Assembly: GCA_019828565.1 (NCBI GenBank)
Contig: JAHDYR010000005.1
Location: 459,200-523,199 of the forward strand
Length of the DNA: 64,000 nucleotides
From: Carpediemonas membranifera BICM
Lineage: Eukaryota; Protista; Fornicata
Direction: 5' to 3'
Below, one piece after another: positions 18,914-29,648 of this stretch. The translations under genes and the position numbers were made by a program. How positions within the stretch are numbered: position 1 is the stretch's first letter; every line of letters begins with the position of its first letter. The notes beneath the pieces were generated by a model. It searched no databases. It was given only the letters and a program-made list of their open reading frames with translations, and was not told where the DNA came from.

Positions 18914-20203
18914 ATGAAGCCGCTCCTTCCTCATTCCTTCAGCTTCCTTATTCTCGCGGTTCTTTTTGTACTTGCCTTGGCAGATGTACAGAGCGTGTTT
19001 ATTCTTCAGAGACACGGCAACCGCGCCCCCAACGACGACATTGCCAAGATTTGCCCGAACTACGCTAACATCCCGCTCTATAAGGCACAGCATGTCGATT
19101 ATGCAATGCTCACCGGCTATGGGATGCGTCAGCTAGAGCTTCTCGGCACGTTTATCAAGCGCAGCTACCTCGACAGCGGCTACCTCGCCGATTACCACGA
19201 CTACTACCCGACGAAGGTCACTGCATTCGCCTCCAACTCCCCGCGGTGCATCCAGTCGTGCCTGTCGACGGGCTACACCATGTACCCAGACGGCACCGGT
19301 GTACCTCGGGCGAGCGGACACTCCTTCTTCTCCGTCGAGTCGAACTCCCAGGAACATGACAACGTGCTCGCCTGCCGCAAGGCCAAGTGTGACGCCGAGT
19401 ATGTGGCGCACACGGACCAGTGGCTGAGGGAGAACATCGATGGCATCCTGAAGGACCACGCCTCCATGATCTCCCAGGTCAGCAAGGCCTGCGGGTTCGA
19501 CTTCACCACCCTCCCCAAGAGTGGCACGAACAACATAATGGACTCCCTCAAGGTCGTCAACGATGCGACGGCATTCGACATCAACGCCGGCTTCCCCCTA
19601 ATCTCCGGCATTGAGGCCGTCCACACCGAGCTCAACGCAGTCTGCCAGTCCTACATCGACGGCTCGCTGCTCATCAACAACGACGCCATCGTCGCGTCCA
19701 ACGGCAAGTTGCCCAAGTTCATGCTGGAGACGTGGGGCGCCCACCTCGACGCCGCCAACCACGACGGGCCCGACCCCAGCGGCCTGGTCCTCCTCTGCGG
19801 TCACAGGGAGATCCTATACGCACTCCGGACGTTCTTCGGGTTCAGCTGGAACCTGCCCGGCGACGCGATGGTGGCCGGCCAGCTTCCCCCCGGCAGCGCC
19901 ATCGTGTTCGAGCAGCACTGCATCGAGAGCAGCACGGGCCCTGCAGACCATCTGATCATGCCATACCTGTGGTACCCCGACGGCCAGGGCGCCTCGTTCA
20001 AGAGACTCGACCTGCAGTTCACCAGCCCAGACGGCAAGAGCTGCGGTAAGGCCTGCCCGCTGGACTTCATCCAGGCTATCCACGACGCCCGTAACGCCAA
20101 CGGCACATATAAGCAGATTTGCGAGAAGTTTGGTGAGGAGATCGATGCTGACCTTTTCGACAGTTACAGGGGCAGCCGGGCCTGGAAGGAGTGGGGTATG
20201 TAG
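18914..20203 (+). CDS. Histidine acid phosphatase (branch 2), probably secreted or lysosomal
   Basis: Hydrophobic signal peptide from ATG 18914, RHGNRAP, LT..G..Q...LG, RCIQS, C-terminal CPL..F. Confidence 0.88.
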   Translation: MKPLLPHSFSFLILAVLFVLALADVQSVFILQRHGNRAPNDDIAKICPNYANIPLYKAQHVDYAMLTGYGMRQLELLGTFIKRSYLDSGYLADYHDYYPTKVTAFASNSPRCIQSCLSTGYTMYPDGTGVPRASGHSFFSVESNSQEHDNVLACRKAKCDAEYVAHTDQWLRENIDGILKDHASMISQVSKACGFDFTTLPKSGTNNIMDSLKVVNDATAFDINAGFPLISGIEAVHTELNAVCQSYIDGSLLINNDAIVASNGKLPKFMLETWGAHLDAANHDGPDPSGLVLLCGHREILYALRTFFGFSWNLPGDAMVAGQLPPGSAIVFEQHCIESSTGPADHLIMPYLWYPDGQGASFKRLDLQFTSPDGKSCGKACPLDFIQAIHDARNANGTYKQICEKFGEEIDADLFDSYRGSRAWKEWGM

Positions 20204-20312
20204 AATGTAACATGTAAATGGGCCGTTTATGCTGTTTTAGATCATTTTTACATGTTACATGCTTATCTATGTATCTATGTATAGCATCAAGCGAACCGAA
20301 GATCGTGCTTCG

Positions 20313-23021
20313 ATGAGCGATGACGCAGCGGTCTCGGCGTTCATTGATGCAAATATCGACGATACTACCTACATTAACCTGGTTCGGAGCATTACAGATG
20401 ATGATTTTGAAGCGCTGAAGGAGCGGCAGCATGAAGTGGAAGCGCTGAGGAATACAAAGGACGCCTCGACAGGATACACGCTGCTTCACGTCGCTGTGTC
20501 CCTAGAAAAGATGGAGGCCATCCAGCTCCTCGTGGAGAGCGGGTTCTGCCCTGAGACGACGACGGCCTCCTATATTGCTGACACGTGCTTCCACCTCGCC
20601 GCCAGGTCCAACAATGCTGACCTCATGGAGCTCCTGGCACCACCGTCGGACCCTCGTTGGGAGCTGCCAAACTCGTTTGGCCAGACGCCGACGCACTCGG
20701 CCGTCCTCGTCGACGCCAAGGTGTCCCTGCAGTACCTACTCAGAGCCCGGTTCGCCTTGAGTCGGAAGGACAGCTACAAGTGGACCCCGCTCCACTACAT
20801 CGCCCTGACCAACTCTCTGGCCTCGTTGAACCTCATCCTGGGCACCAACCCCTCCGTGGAGACACTGTGCCTGGGGGACCGCACCGGTAAGACCGCCCTG
20901 CACTACCTGGCCATCAACTCGCCTGAGAAGGTGGCCGAGCTCTGCGTTGACCCGAGCGGGGTCGACCCGGCAGGCCCGAGCGAGACCTGCATGCTTCGTC
21001 TCGCTGATTACCTGCACGAGTGCGACGAGTTCGACACCATGCCGCTCGCTGACAACGGCGGGAACACCCCTGCGCACCTCGCGGTCTTGTCCTACCCCCC
21101 TGACGTCGTCCAGCGTCTGATGGAGCGGCTTCCCGAGGTGTGCCTCAACGTGGTCAACAGAGCGTCTCTCACGCCACTCATGGCCGCGGTGGGGGCGTCC
21201 CCCGAGATGGCCGCGACTGTGCTCGACTGTACCGACGTCGACCCGATGGTCATAACACCACGTGGGACGGCCCTGACAGTGGCAGTCAAAGAGGACGACG
21301 TAGAGACGACCGCGTTGCTCTTGGATGTGACGATGGCGGTCCTGTGCGTCGACGACATCACCGAGCTGCAGACAGTTAACCGCGCGCTGGCCGCCTGGCT
21401 ACGGGCCCCGGACAGCCATGGCAACACCGTGCTGCACGTGGCGTTTGAAGACAACAGGCTCGAGGTGATGAAGGTCCTGCTCCTCTGTGGGCCTAACCTG
21501 CCTCTGCTCGTCGCCAATGAGGCCGGCGACCATCCTCTTGCCCTTGCTCTGCGGAAGGGGCACTACAACTTGCTCGACCTGCTGTACGACTCCGGGCCAG
21601 AGCTCCAGGACGCCGTGTATGCAGCGCTGCAGCTCCATGACGGGGATCGGTGGACCGCGTGCCACCATCTGAGCCGACTGGGCGATGCGTACCTGATGAA
21701 CAAGTTTATCACATTCAGCGGGCCCCGGTTCAATCCGGACCAGGTCACACGGCTCGGGGAGACGCCCCTGCACATCGCCGTCGCGGACAACAACCGAGAG
21801 ATGGTGACAATCCTGCTGGCACACGGTGCCCAGGCTGTGCCGACCATTGACGGGTACTACCCCGTCCACACCGCCGTACAGCACAACAGGGTCGATCTGT
21901 TCCAGCTGCTGCTGACCACACAGCATGCGTCGGACCCTATCGCCAAGATGTACACGCGTGTCGAGCCTAAGTTGTCCCTGGTTGAGCTGGCGACGGAGCA
22001 CAGGTCCTTTGGCATCCTGGGGGCCCTGAAGCGGGTCGACGGGGCATGGGCCGACCTGCTCACGAACTCGCCCGTCGGTCTCATGCTACACAGTCTGCTG
22101 CCCGACGTCGACCCGCTACAGGCCCTGCCCGAGAGCTATGTCGCGGCGGTCGATCAGTTGTGGAAGTCGGTCACCGATGAGGAGACGAATGCCACTGCCT
22201 CGACCAACGATGCCGCACGTGACACCATCGTCGAGGCCCAGCTGTTCATCGACTCCCTCACACGTGCCAGCGGTCCCCGCGACCAATTCGACCCGTATGT
22301 CCGGACGCTGTACGCTCTGGTCGATCTCCTGACGGGGACGATATCGGGGTCGAGTCTCAGCGCCCTGCTGAACTTGTCAGAGGGGCTCCGGGACGCGTGC
22401 GTGACTCGGGCGTCGGTCAGCCTCATCGCGCACCTGCTGTCCCTTGGGGCCGACGTGACCTTTGGGGACGTCGCAGAGAGGCCGGCAGCCCACCTGGTCG
22501 TCCAGCCGAGCTCGCTGTTCACCCGCTACGTCCTGCCGCTGCTCGTGAGCCAGGGGTCGGATCTCACGGCGCCTGCCGGGGATGACTCGACACCCCTCAT
22601 GCTGCTCACGGGAGACTGGTCGTCGTTTGGCCTGGCTCTCCACTGCGTGTCAGACGCCGTCCCAGCCCGCCCCAGATCGGACCACGTTCGGCGACGGCGG
22701 ATGTCGGTCGCCCCGCCCGAGACAGTGACAGTGCGGTCGGACGAGGGCACTGAGCTGGTGATCGGGCCAGCCCCGACGTTTAACATAGCAGACAACAAGA
22801 CGCTCGAGCGGCCCATCCCCGCCGCTCAGGGCGGGTGCACGGTCTGCGGCAAGAAGTTCAGCCTGCTGACGCGGCGGCGGCACTGCCGGATGTGTGGGAA
22901 CGCGTTCTGCGACGACCACTGTAGCGAGAAGGCAGACCTGCCGTGGCTCGGGTATAAGAGCCCGCAGCGGGTCTGTCATGCCTGCCTGCTCATCGTGGCG
23001 ACCAGTGTGACGGAGAGCTGA
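20313..23021 (+). CDS. Ankyrin-repeat protein with C-terminal FYVE zinc finger
   Basis: Many GxTPLH-type repeats. FYVE CTVC..FSLLTRRRHCRMCGNAFC...RVCHAC. Start may be 20259-20313. Confidence 0.9.
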   Translation: MSDDAAVSAFIDANIDDTTYINLVRSITDDDFEALKERQHEVEALRNTKDASTGYTLLHVAVSLEKMEAIQLLVESGFCPETTTASYIADTCFHLAARSNNADLMELLAPPSDPRWELPNSFGQTPTHSAVLVDAKVSLQYLLRARFALSRKDSYKWTPLHYIALTNSLASLNLILGTNPSVETLCLGDRTGKTALHYLAINSPEKVAELCVDPSGVDPAGPSETCMLRLADYLHECDEFDTMPLADNGGNTPAHLAVLSYPPDVVQRLMERLPEVCLNVVNRASLTPLMAAVGASPEMAATVLDCTDVDPMVITPRGTALTVAVKEDDVETTALLLDVTMAVLCVDDITELQTVNRALAAWLRAPDSHGNTVLHVAFEDNRLEVMKVLLLCGPNLPLLVANEAGDHPLALALRKGHYNLLDLLYDSGPELQDAVYAALQLHDGDRWTACHHLSRLGDAYLMNKFITFSGPRFNPDQVTRLGETPLHIAVADNNREMVTILLAHGAQAVPTIDGYYPVHTAVQHNRVDLFQLLLTTQHASDPIAKMYTRVEPKLSLVELATEHRSFGILGALKRVDGAWADLLTNSPVGLMLHSLLPDVDPLQALPESYVAAVDQLWKSVTDEETNATASTNDAARDTIVEAQLFIDSLTRASGPRDQFDPYVRTLYALVDLLTGTISGSSLSALLNLSEGLRDACVTRASVSLIAHLLSLGADVTFGDVAERPAAHLVVQPSSLFTRYVLPLLVSQGSDLTAPAGDDSTPLMLLTGDWSSFGLALHCVSDAVPARPRSDHVRRRRMSVAPPETVTVRSDEGTELVIGPAPTFNIADNKTLERPIPAAQGGCTVCGKKFSLLTRRRHCRMCGNAFCDDHCSEKADLPWLGYKSPQRVCHACLLIVATSVTES

Positions 23022-23127
23022 GGGCCTGTACTTAAATGCGGTTATGTTCGGCCATGCCTTCAGCTCCTGGGGGAGGTCGACTGCCGTGGCAACGCAGAAG
23101 CAAAATCGATCCCAACGTTCAACGACG

Positions 23128-24786
23128 ATGATAGAACAATCAAAACCACCGCATATTGACGCATTCCGTGCTGCCTACGCTCTTTCAGTCCGCATCACGC
23201 AGGACATGGCCGGTGATGTCCCGTCGATACTTGCACGGCTATTTCAGCTCGAGTTCGGCGATAGTGCTGAACTCAATGACGATAGAATCAATCAGGGCGT
23301 CATTGGTGACGATTTAGCAGCAGTTCTGAGCGACCTGGAGCCATCGAATGCGGCTGCACGGATTCTTCTCTGCCGAGCTCGCCAGTATCTCCATGCTGGC
23401 CCCGAGCTGAGCATGAACATCGAGCTGTCAGACGGTGTGGTGCTCCCAGACCGGCTGCACACCGTTCTCCAGGGCACGCTGTGGGCGATTCTTATGGGTG
23501 CGGGGGCGGACCCCGACCTGTACGACGAGGAAGATGAGGGTGACCTCGGTCGGAAGGAGCACAAGGTGTACGACCTCGTAGCACCAGAGACGCACAAGTC
23601 GCTGTGGTTCCTCTGCAAGAAGACCTTCTTCACCTACAACGTTGCAACAAAGGAGAACCACCTGACCAAGGACGGCGACGGCAGCCTTCCCATCAGCCTG
23701 TTCCGGCGGTATGGCGGGCGTCTATTCTCTCGAGGCTATAACGACAACCAAATTCTCGGCTACCCCTCCCAGGAGTATTCCCCTCAGTACACTCTGGTTC
23801 GAGTCCCACCAGTGCATGATTTTTTCGTAGATGAGAGTGTGGCTGTTGCCGTCACTCCTATGGGGCTGTACGGTTGGGGCTGTGACGGGGAAGGCGTCCT
23901 CGGTCTCGGTTGGGATGGGCCAGCGTTCCCGACCCGACTGGTTTTCAATGCGAGCTCCGCCGTCGCCTCGTTCGAGGCTGAGTTGCGGTCATGGCACAAG
24001 GACCGGCTCGTCACGCAGCTGGTCCTGACGCACAGCCTCGCCCTGCTGTCGACCCGGGCGGGACTCGTGGCTTCTGGCCAGTTCTCCGAGTGTCTTGTGA
24101 ATCCTGGTCTCGAGACGACCGAGTTCAACCCCGTTCCCCTGCCCGACGGGTTTAGGGCCGGCCACGTCGAGGTAGTTGGTGAGATGGTTCTTGTTACTGA
24201 CGAGTGCACAGGCGCCGTGCTTGCGTCTGGGACTAACGAGTGCGGTCAGCTGGGCCTGGGTCGCGTCGACGACCTGACCCGGCTGGTTCCGCTGCCCTAC
24301 TCCTTCGACCGTGTGCTATTCAACTCATACACCCACACTGTCCTCTCCGCCGGCCGGGCCCTGCTCTTCATCGGCGACCCGCGGCCCCAGTTCCGCCACT
24401 TCCTCCCAGACAACGGCGACGCGATGCTCACTGCGCCTGTCCCTCTGGTTCTCCCCCATGCAGCGTCTGCCGCTTTCCTGTCGTTCTCCATCGCTCTATT
24501 CGTCCGCGCAGACGGCCGCGGTGCTTTCGGTGCGGACAATGAAGGTCACTCCATTTCCTTCCCTTTCATCCCGACCGTAGTCCGTGTTAGCTACCGCCAC
24601 GGCAAGGCGACTGTGTTCCTTTCCACTGCCACCAGCTGGTACGGCTTCGGCTGGAACGAGCTGGGTCAGGTGTCCTCTGTCAGTCAGGCCCCTTTCATCC
24701 ACATCCCCATTGAGGTCGACCCGGCGACTGTGACCGGGTTAGAGCTGGTACGGGCCGTGGCAGTGGAGGTCGACGGGAGTGAATAG
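23128..24786 (+). CDS. RCC1/BLIP-II-like repeat protein of a lineage-specific family
   Basis: G.N..GQLGLG and FGWNELGQ motifs. N-terminal region shared with 32131-33690. Start may be 23044. Confidence 0.7.
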   Translation: MIEQSKPPHIDAFRAAYALSVRITQDMAGDVPSILARLFQLEFGDSAELNDDRINQGVIGDDLAAVLSDLEPSNAAARILLCRARQYLHAGPELSMNIELSDGVVLPDRLHTVLQGTLWAILMGAGADPDLYDEEDEGDLGRKEHKVYDLVAPETHKSLWFLCKKTFFTYNVATKENHLTKDGDGSLPISLFRRYGGRLFSRGYNDNQILGYPSQEYSPQYTLVRVPPVHDFFVDESVAVAVTPMGLYGWGCDGEGVLGLGWDGPAFPTRLVFNASSAVASFEAELRSWHKDRLVTQLVLTHSLALLSTRAGLVASGQFSECLVNPGLETTEFNPVPLPDGFRAGHVEVVGEMVLVTDECTGAVLASGTNECGQLGLGRVDDLTRLVPLPYSFDRVLFNSYTHTVLSAGRALLFIGDPRPQFRHFLPDNGDAMLTAPVPLVLPHAASAAFLSFSIALFVRADGRGAFGADNEGHSISFPFIPTVVRVSYRHGKATVFLSTATSWYGFGWNELGQVSSVSQAPFIHIPIEVDPATVTGLELVRAVAVEVDGSE

Positions 24787-24834
24787 CCTGAATAAAATTG
24801 AATAGGACCAGCACTTTAATACACTCACTGCCGC

Positions 24835-27800
24835 TCACCTACCGCGGCTGAACCACTCAATGGTGTCCGAGACCCGCTCGACGGGAACATCGGTCACCCC
24901 GGCCTTGGCGAGCAGGTGCTTCTGGATGTCTGGCGGGAATGAGAGGAACTGCTCGACCACGTCGCCGTCAATAAAGCCCTTTGGCTCGATCTCCGGCCGC
25001 TTGTCGCTGAAGAAGGCCCGGTGGAACCTGTGGGGGATGTTCACGTTCACACCGACAGTGACCTCGGCGATGACCTGCTCGATGGCGTGCAGGAGGGCAA
25101 ACGAGTCCGCGGGTATCCTGTAGATTGTGCCTACCCCGCCGTTGACGGTGGCGTAGACGACCTCGGCCACACCGGGGCCCTGCTCGCCGGCAGCGCCGTC
25201 AGCCTCGGCCACGGGGGCGGGAGCGAAGACGTTGACCTGCTCGCCCAGGTGGAACGTCGCGATGTTCTTGAGGAGGACCTTGGCCTCGTCGTGGGTGTCC
25301 TGCCGCACGATGAAGATGTTGCGGTAGGTATCGGCGACGAGGAACGTGTCCTTGTCGAGGGCGTGGACCGCGCTGGTCCACACGGGGTTGTAGTCGGACG
25401 CGACCTCCTCCAGGGAGATGCCCTCCTCGTTGAGCTGGAGCACCGTCACTGACTTGAGGACGTCGCCCGCGATGATGCGGTTGCCGATGCTCGTCACGGT
25501 GACGCACAGCGCCATCCCGTAGTACCCGATGTCTGCCAGCAGCTCCTTGGTGGTCGGGTCCCACCGCAGCAGCTGCACCTTGGAGTCGAGGGCCACGACA
25601 ACCCTGCCGTCGAAGAAGGGGCACAGGTCGAACACGCCGAGGTTCGACACGGTCCACTGGGCGACGAGGCCGAGCACCCGCTTGGCACCGTCTGACCTGA
25701 CCTCGAACACGAGCACACGGCCCTGACGGGCCTCGACCTCGTCTGGGTATGCGAGCGCGGTGCCTGCGATGAGGTACTCGGCGTTGTCCCCGCTCAGCTT
25801 GGTCGACATAAGGGCAGACACGACCTCGTGGTCATCGAACTCGAACCGATCGAGGACGTCCATGGACGCCGGATCGATCAGACACAGGGCGCTCTGCTGC
25901 CCCTCGACCCCGCCCTCCGTCGTCACCCGAATGGTGCCGACGGCGTGCAGCCCGGTCGTCTCGTGTGTAGCGATCCGTCGGGGGAGCTCTCCAATGGGGT
26001 AGGAGATCGCCTGCATGTGCTGGACGGGGTCCAGAGAGCACACCGACAGGCCATTGGGCGACGCCACGAGCAGGACGTCGTGGGCTGTCCCGTTGACGGT
26101 CAGTCGGCCCATAGCACCACCGTACATGCCGTCGAAGGGCAGGTTGACTTGGTTATGGGTCAGGCGGCGGGTGGTGCCAGTGATGATCGAGGGGCGGGAC
26201 GAGGCGGCGAGTACGAACGACGTGCCGTTCGGGGTCGTCTGGAGGGCGCCTGTGTTCCTCATGAACGTGCCCGTGCATGGGATCAGGCTGAAGGCGCCTC
26301 GGCTGAGCGTCATCGAGGACGGCTGTACCTCGTATGCCTCGGCCGTACCCGTCGGCGTGAGGGTTAGCACGCGCCTCTCGAGCGTGCCGTCCGACAGGCC
26401 GATCAGCAGGCAGTCGGCGGGCCCTGTAGCGGCCTGGCCGCGGGGAGGGTCGAGCCTCACGATCGACAGGGCCCTGACCTCGGCCTCAGTCGCGACTGTC
26501 ACCGTGGCGAGCACCGTCTGGGCGATGGGGTCGACCAGCGTCACCGTCCGGTCGAACCAGCAGGCGTACGCCAGGACCGGCCGCCCGATGCACGCGCTCA
26601 GGGCAACGGCGCTCGGGGCTGAGCTCGTCTGGACGCTGTGGACCTCCGCCATCGCACAGTCGATCACAGTAACACCTGAATCCGTGCACACTGCGACCAG
26701 ACCGACCTGGGCGTTCCTACCGGGGTCAGTGGCGGCCAGACGGACGGGGCTGGGGGCGGACCAGTGGGTGAAGGAATCGGTCAGCAAGTTGACGCCCGTC
26801 GGCGTGACTTGCACGGGTAGACCGCCGCACACACCGGCGTGGACAGTGCGTGTAGTCGAGTCGAATCCGGGGATAGATATGGGGTGGATCTGATCCTCCA
26901 TGACCATGGCGACGGACCGGTCGACGAATGAGAGGACAGCCACTGATGGGGCTGGGCTGGGGTTGGCCGTGATGGACCAGACGCCCGTGATGGGGGGCGT
27001 CTCGAGCACCGCGAGCTCGTTGGCCCCGATGCCGTTCCTCAGGACACGGAGGGAGCCGTTCTGGAAGCCGCCCGAGCATGTAATGAGCTGCTGCGACCCC
27101 TGCGCGGATGTGTGTCTGACCGCATCCGAGATGGGGGCGATATTAGGGAATGTCTCGAGGACGGTGAGGTATGACCCGTCTGGATGGGGCTCGGGCATCA
27201 CCCGGATCAGCTGGGAGTCCCCGTAGAACGAGCCCAGGAAGAACACGGACGAGTCGACGTACGCCAGGCAGTAGGGGATCGAGCCCACGCCGAGGAGCTC
27301 GACACGGATCTCGGAGTCCCCGGAAAGCGACAACAGGTAGATGCGGCCCGCCTGGTCGCCCATGAGCACTCTGCTGGCGTCCACGGCGGCCATGGCGGTG
27401 ACCACGACAGGCCTGTAGGGGAGGGACTGTACGGACTGCTGGTTGACGGCCCGGGGGTCGTAGAACGTGACCAGCTCGTCGCTAACAGTAATGACGCCGT
27501 TGGCTATGGGGAACACCCTGTGGACGGCGCTGTTGACCGGGATGGGGACGTCCATGGGGCCCGTCACGGGGGCCTGCTCGGAGAAGTTGATCGCGATTGT
27601 ACGGATGAAACGCGCCTTGCTCTGGTCCGCGTACAGCACCAGCAGCGTGGGGTTGCCCTGCACGTCGCTGGTGTCCTGGGGCAGGTAGCACATGTCCAGC
27701 ACGTCCGTCATGTCGTCGTACAGACGGACATTGAATGACTCCAGCGTGTTCTGGCCCTGGGAGGGCAGGGCAAAGAACTTCATCATGGAGGAGTAGGCGT

Positions 27801-28251
27801 GCACGGCGACCGCGGCGGCTGCGGGGTTAACGGCAAGGGTGAGAGTCTCGGCGGGACGACCGACTTTGTCCCGGATGTCGCCTGAGACCTTGCAGACGGG
27901 CCGGCGCATCTCGAAATCGTACTGGATGACGAGGAGGTTGTATTTGTCTGTCTGCACGAGGAGGGACGCGCACACCGCCTGGCGCGGCTTGAATAGACTT
28001 GCATGAGCAATGGACCCGCGGATAGGGATCGAAAACAGAAGCACGAGGCCATCGGGTGTGACGTCGAAGACATCCACGATCCCTGTCTTCACGAGAAGGA
28101 GATTGAGCCCGTCCTCCTCGGAGTGTGTGAAAGCTCCGACAAGAGCATGGCTGATGAAGCTACTAGGGTGCTTTGTAACTACATACCACCGTGCTTCTTG
28201 GCTAACAACATCTTCAGCGTGCGTAGAGAAGCACGTATTGTCGTCGGCCAT
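24835..28251 (-). CDS. DDB1: DNA damage-binding protein 1
   Basis: ~1140 aa. YVVT..., FLGSFYGDSQL, NIAPISD, TCSGGFQNGSLRVLRNGIG, FHLGEQVN, GFIDGDVVEQF. Confidence 0.92.
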   Translation of the reverse strand: MADDNTCFSTHAEDVVSQEARWYVVTKHPSSFISHALVGAFTHSEEDGLNLLLVKTGIVDVFDVTPDGLVLLFSIPIRGSIAHASLFKPRQAVCASLLVQTDKYNLLVIQYDFEMRRPVCKVSGDIRDKVGRPAETLTLAVNPAAAAVAVHAYSSMMKFFALPSQGQNTLESFNVRLYDDMTDVLDMCYLPQDTSDVQGNPTLLVLYADQSKARFIRTIAINFSEQAPVTGPMDVPIPVNSAVHRVFPIANGVITVSDELVTFYDPRAVNQQSVQSLPYRPVVVTAMAAVDASRVLMGDQAGRIYLLSLSGDSEIRVELLGVGSIPYCLAYVDSSVFFLGSFYGDSQLIRVMPEPHPDGSYLTVLETFPNIAPISDAVRHTSAQGSQQLITCSGGFQNGSLRVLRNGIGANELAVLETPPITGVWSITANPSPAPSVAVLSFVDRSVAMVMEDQIHPISIPGFDSTTRTVHAGVCGGLPVQVTPTGVNLLTDSFTHWSAPSPVRLAATDPGRNAQVGLVAVCTDSGVTVIDCAMAEVHSVQTSSAPSAVALSACIGRPVLAYACWFDRTVTLVDPIAQTVLATVTVATEAEVRALSIVRLDPPRGQAATGPADCLLIGLSDGTLERRVLTLTPTGTAEAYEVQPSSMTLSRGAFSLIPCTGTFMRNTGALQTTPNGTSFVLAASSRPSIITGTTRRLTHNQVNLPFDGMYGGAMGRLTVNGTAHDVLLVASPNGLSVCSLDPVQHMQAISYPIGELPRRIATHETTGLHAVGTIRVTTEGGVEGQQSALCLIDPASMDVLDRFEFDDHEVVSALMSTKLSGDNAEYLIAGTALAYPDEVEARQGRVLVFEVRSDGAKRVLGLVAQWTVSNLGVFDLCPFFDGRVVVALDSKVQLLRWDPTTKELLADIGYYGMALCVTVTSIGNRIIAGDVLKSVTVLQLNEEGISLEEVASDYNPVWTSAVHALDKDTFLVADTYRNIFIVRQDTHDEAKVLLKNIATFHLGEQVNVFAPAPVAEADGAAGEQGPGVAEVVYATVNGGVGTIYRIPADSFALLHAIEQVIAEVTVGVNVNIPHRFHRAFFSDKRPEIEPKGFIDGDVVEQFLSFPPDIQKHLLAKAGVTDVPVERVSDTIEWFSRGR

Positions 28252-28524
28252 CAAGTTCTTTGACGAATACGAGTGTTACACCGTTACGTGTGCTGGTACA
28301 TAAATCGTCCAAGAAGGGTCTGTACACCGCCGTACACGTCAGACACGCCGCTCATGTCCTCATTGCCGCCATTGTTGATGATTTCCCTGACCCTTGTCAG
28401 ACACGATCAGACGACCCGGATCAATTTCACTAGTCCCACGGCCAAGTCCGGCCCACCCGCTGCCGCTGCCTCCGAATCCCGCCCCACGGCCGGTCATGGC
28501 CCCTGACTCGGCCCCCGACTCAGG

Positions 28525-29433
28525 ATGGACAGCGTATCGCTACTAAGGGAATGCAGCCGTGTTGCGGAGCTCAGTGATGCTGTTAAGGCTTCATTTGAGG
28601 CTGTATTCGCGGAATGGGACTTTGAAAACGAGTTGTCCAATCTTCCGCGGCTAGCGAAAGCGATCCAGGCCGCTGAGGACAGGCGTCGGATGAATCACTT
28701 CCTGTACAACGTCATTGCACTGGTGTGTCTCCGCCGTCCCCTGAAAGACTTCACGAGCGTCGCCCAGCAGTTCACGCTGGACTCCTCGTTCCCCCTGACG
28801 ATGACTGCGTTCAACACCGCCCTGCTGGCACTCACAGAACTCTCCAGAGGCATTGAAAGCCTCCAGCCTGATGAAAGGGACTATGCCGTCGCCTCTGGGG
28901 CCTACGGACTCCTCTGCACCCTGGTCACCATGGCCTCCAGGGGCATCATCGCTCGCCCCCACACTCTCGAGGGGCCCCGCCCAAACCCAGAGACGGCGGA
29001 GGACATGTGCCAGCACTACGGCTTCGACATCACCGACCTTCCCGCCGAGGTCACCGGCGGCGTCATCGGGGTGGCCCTGGGCCGGGTCAGGCTGCTGGTA
29101 CTCAAGCTGCTGGCCAACATGACGTACCAGTGCGGGTCGGCCCAGACATATGCGAGGGAGGCGGGCATGCTCGGCGTGTTTGCCGCTGGTGCGACGGATG
29201 ACCCGACCACGCGGCTGGGCCGTGAGTACGGCGTGCTACTGGTGCGGAACGTGCTCGAGGCGTCCGATGAGAACCACCGGGTCATGGAGGCCCTGCTTTC
29301 CCGGCCAGTCCCTGTGGACGACGCGCCTGAGGAGCCCAGGAGACGGACGACGGTGAGACTAGAGGTCGATGATGACGAGGGTGTGGACGCTGTTCGCGGG
29401 TGCGGCAGCGGTGACATCGAGGACTCCTTCTGA
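28525..29433 (+). CDS. Ataxin-10-like ARM protein
   Basis: LLANMTY..AQ..RE.G......D.....REYGVLLVRNVLE...EN matches the ataxin-10 C-terminal domain pattern. Confidence 0.72.
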   Translation: MDSVSLLRECSRVAELSDAVKASFEAVFAEWDFENELSNLPRLAKAIQAAEDRRRMNHFLYNVIALVCLRRPLKDFTSVAQQFTLDSSFPLTMTAFNTALLALTELSRGIESLQPDERDYAVASGAYGLLCTLVTMASRGIIARPHTLEGPRPNPETAEDMCQHYGFDITDLPAEVTGGVIGVALGRVRLLVLKLLANMTYQCGSAQTYAREAGMLGVFAAGATDDPTTRLGREYGVLLVRNVLEASDENHRVMEALLSRPVPVDDAPEEPRRRTTVRLEVDDDEGVDAVRGCGSGDIEDSF

Positions 29434-29648
29434 GTTCTTCTGAACGCGGTGAGTCATTAAACAGCAGCAACGGGATCAGGGACGGTGTGGAGAGAACCAC
29501 GGGGATACAGTCCCTGGGGACGCTGGGGCCTGAGCCGCGCTCTTGAGACGGGTCTGACTCATCCGACTTTGGGGGCTTTGCCAACGAAGCACGAGCGCAA
29601 TTGACATGCCAAACGAGCTCTCCAGAGAGAAATGGTCGCAACTGCCAG

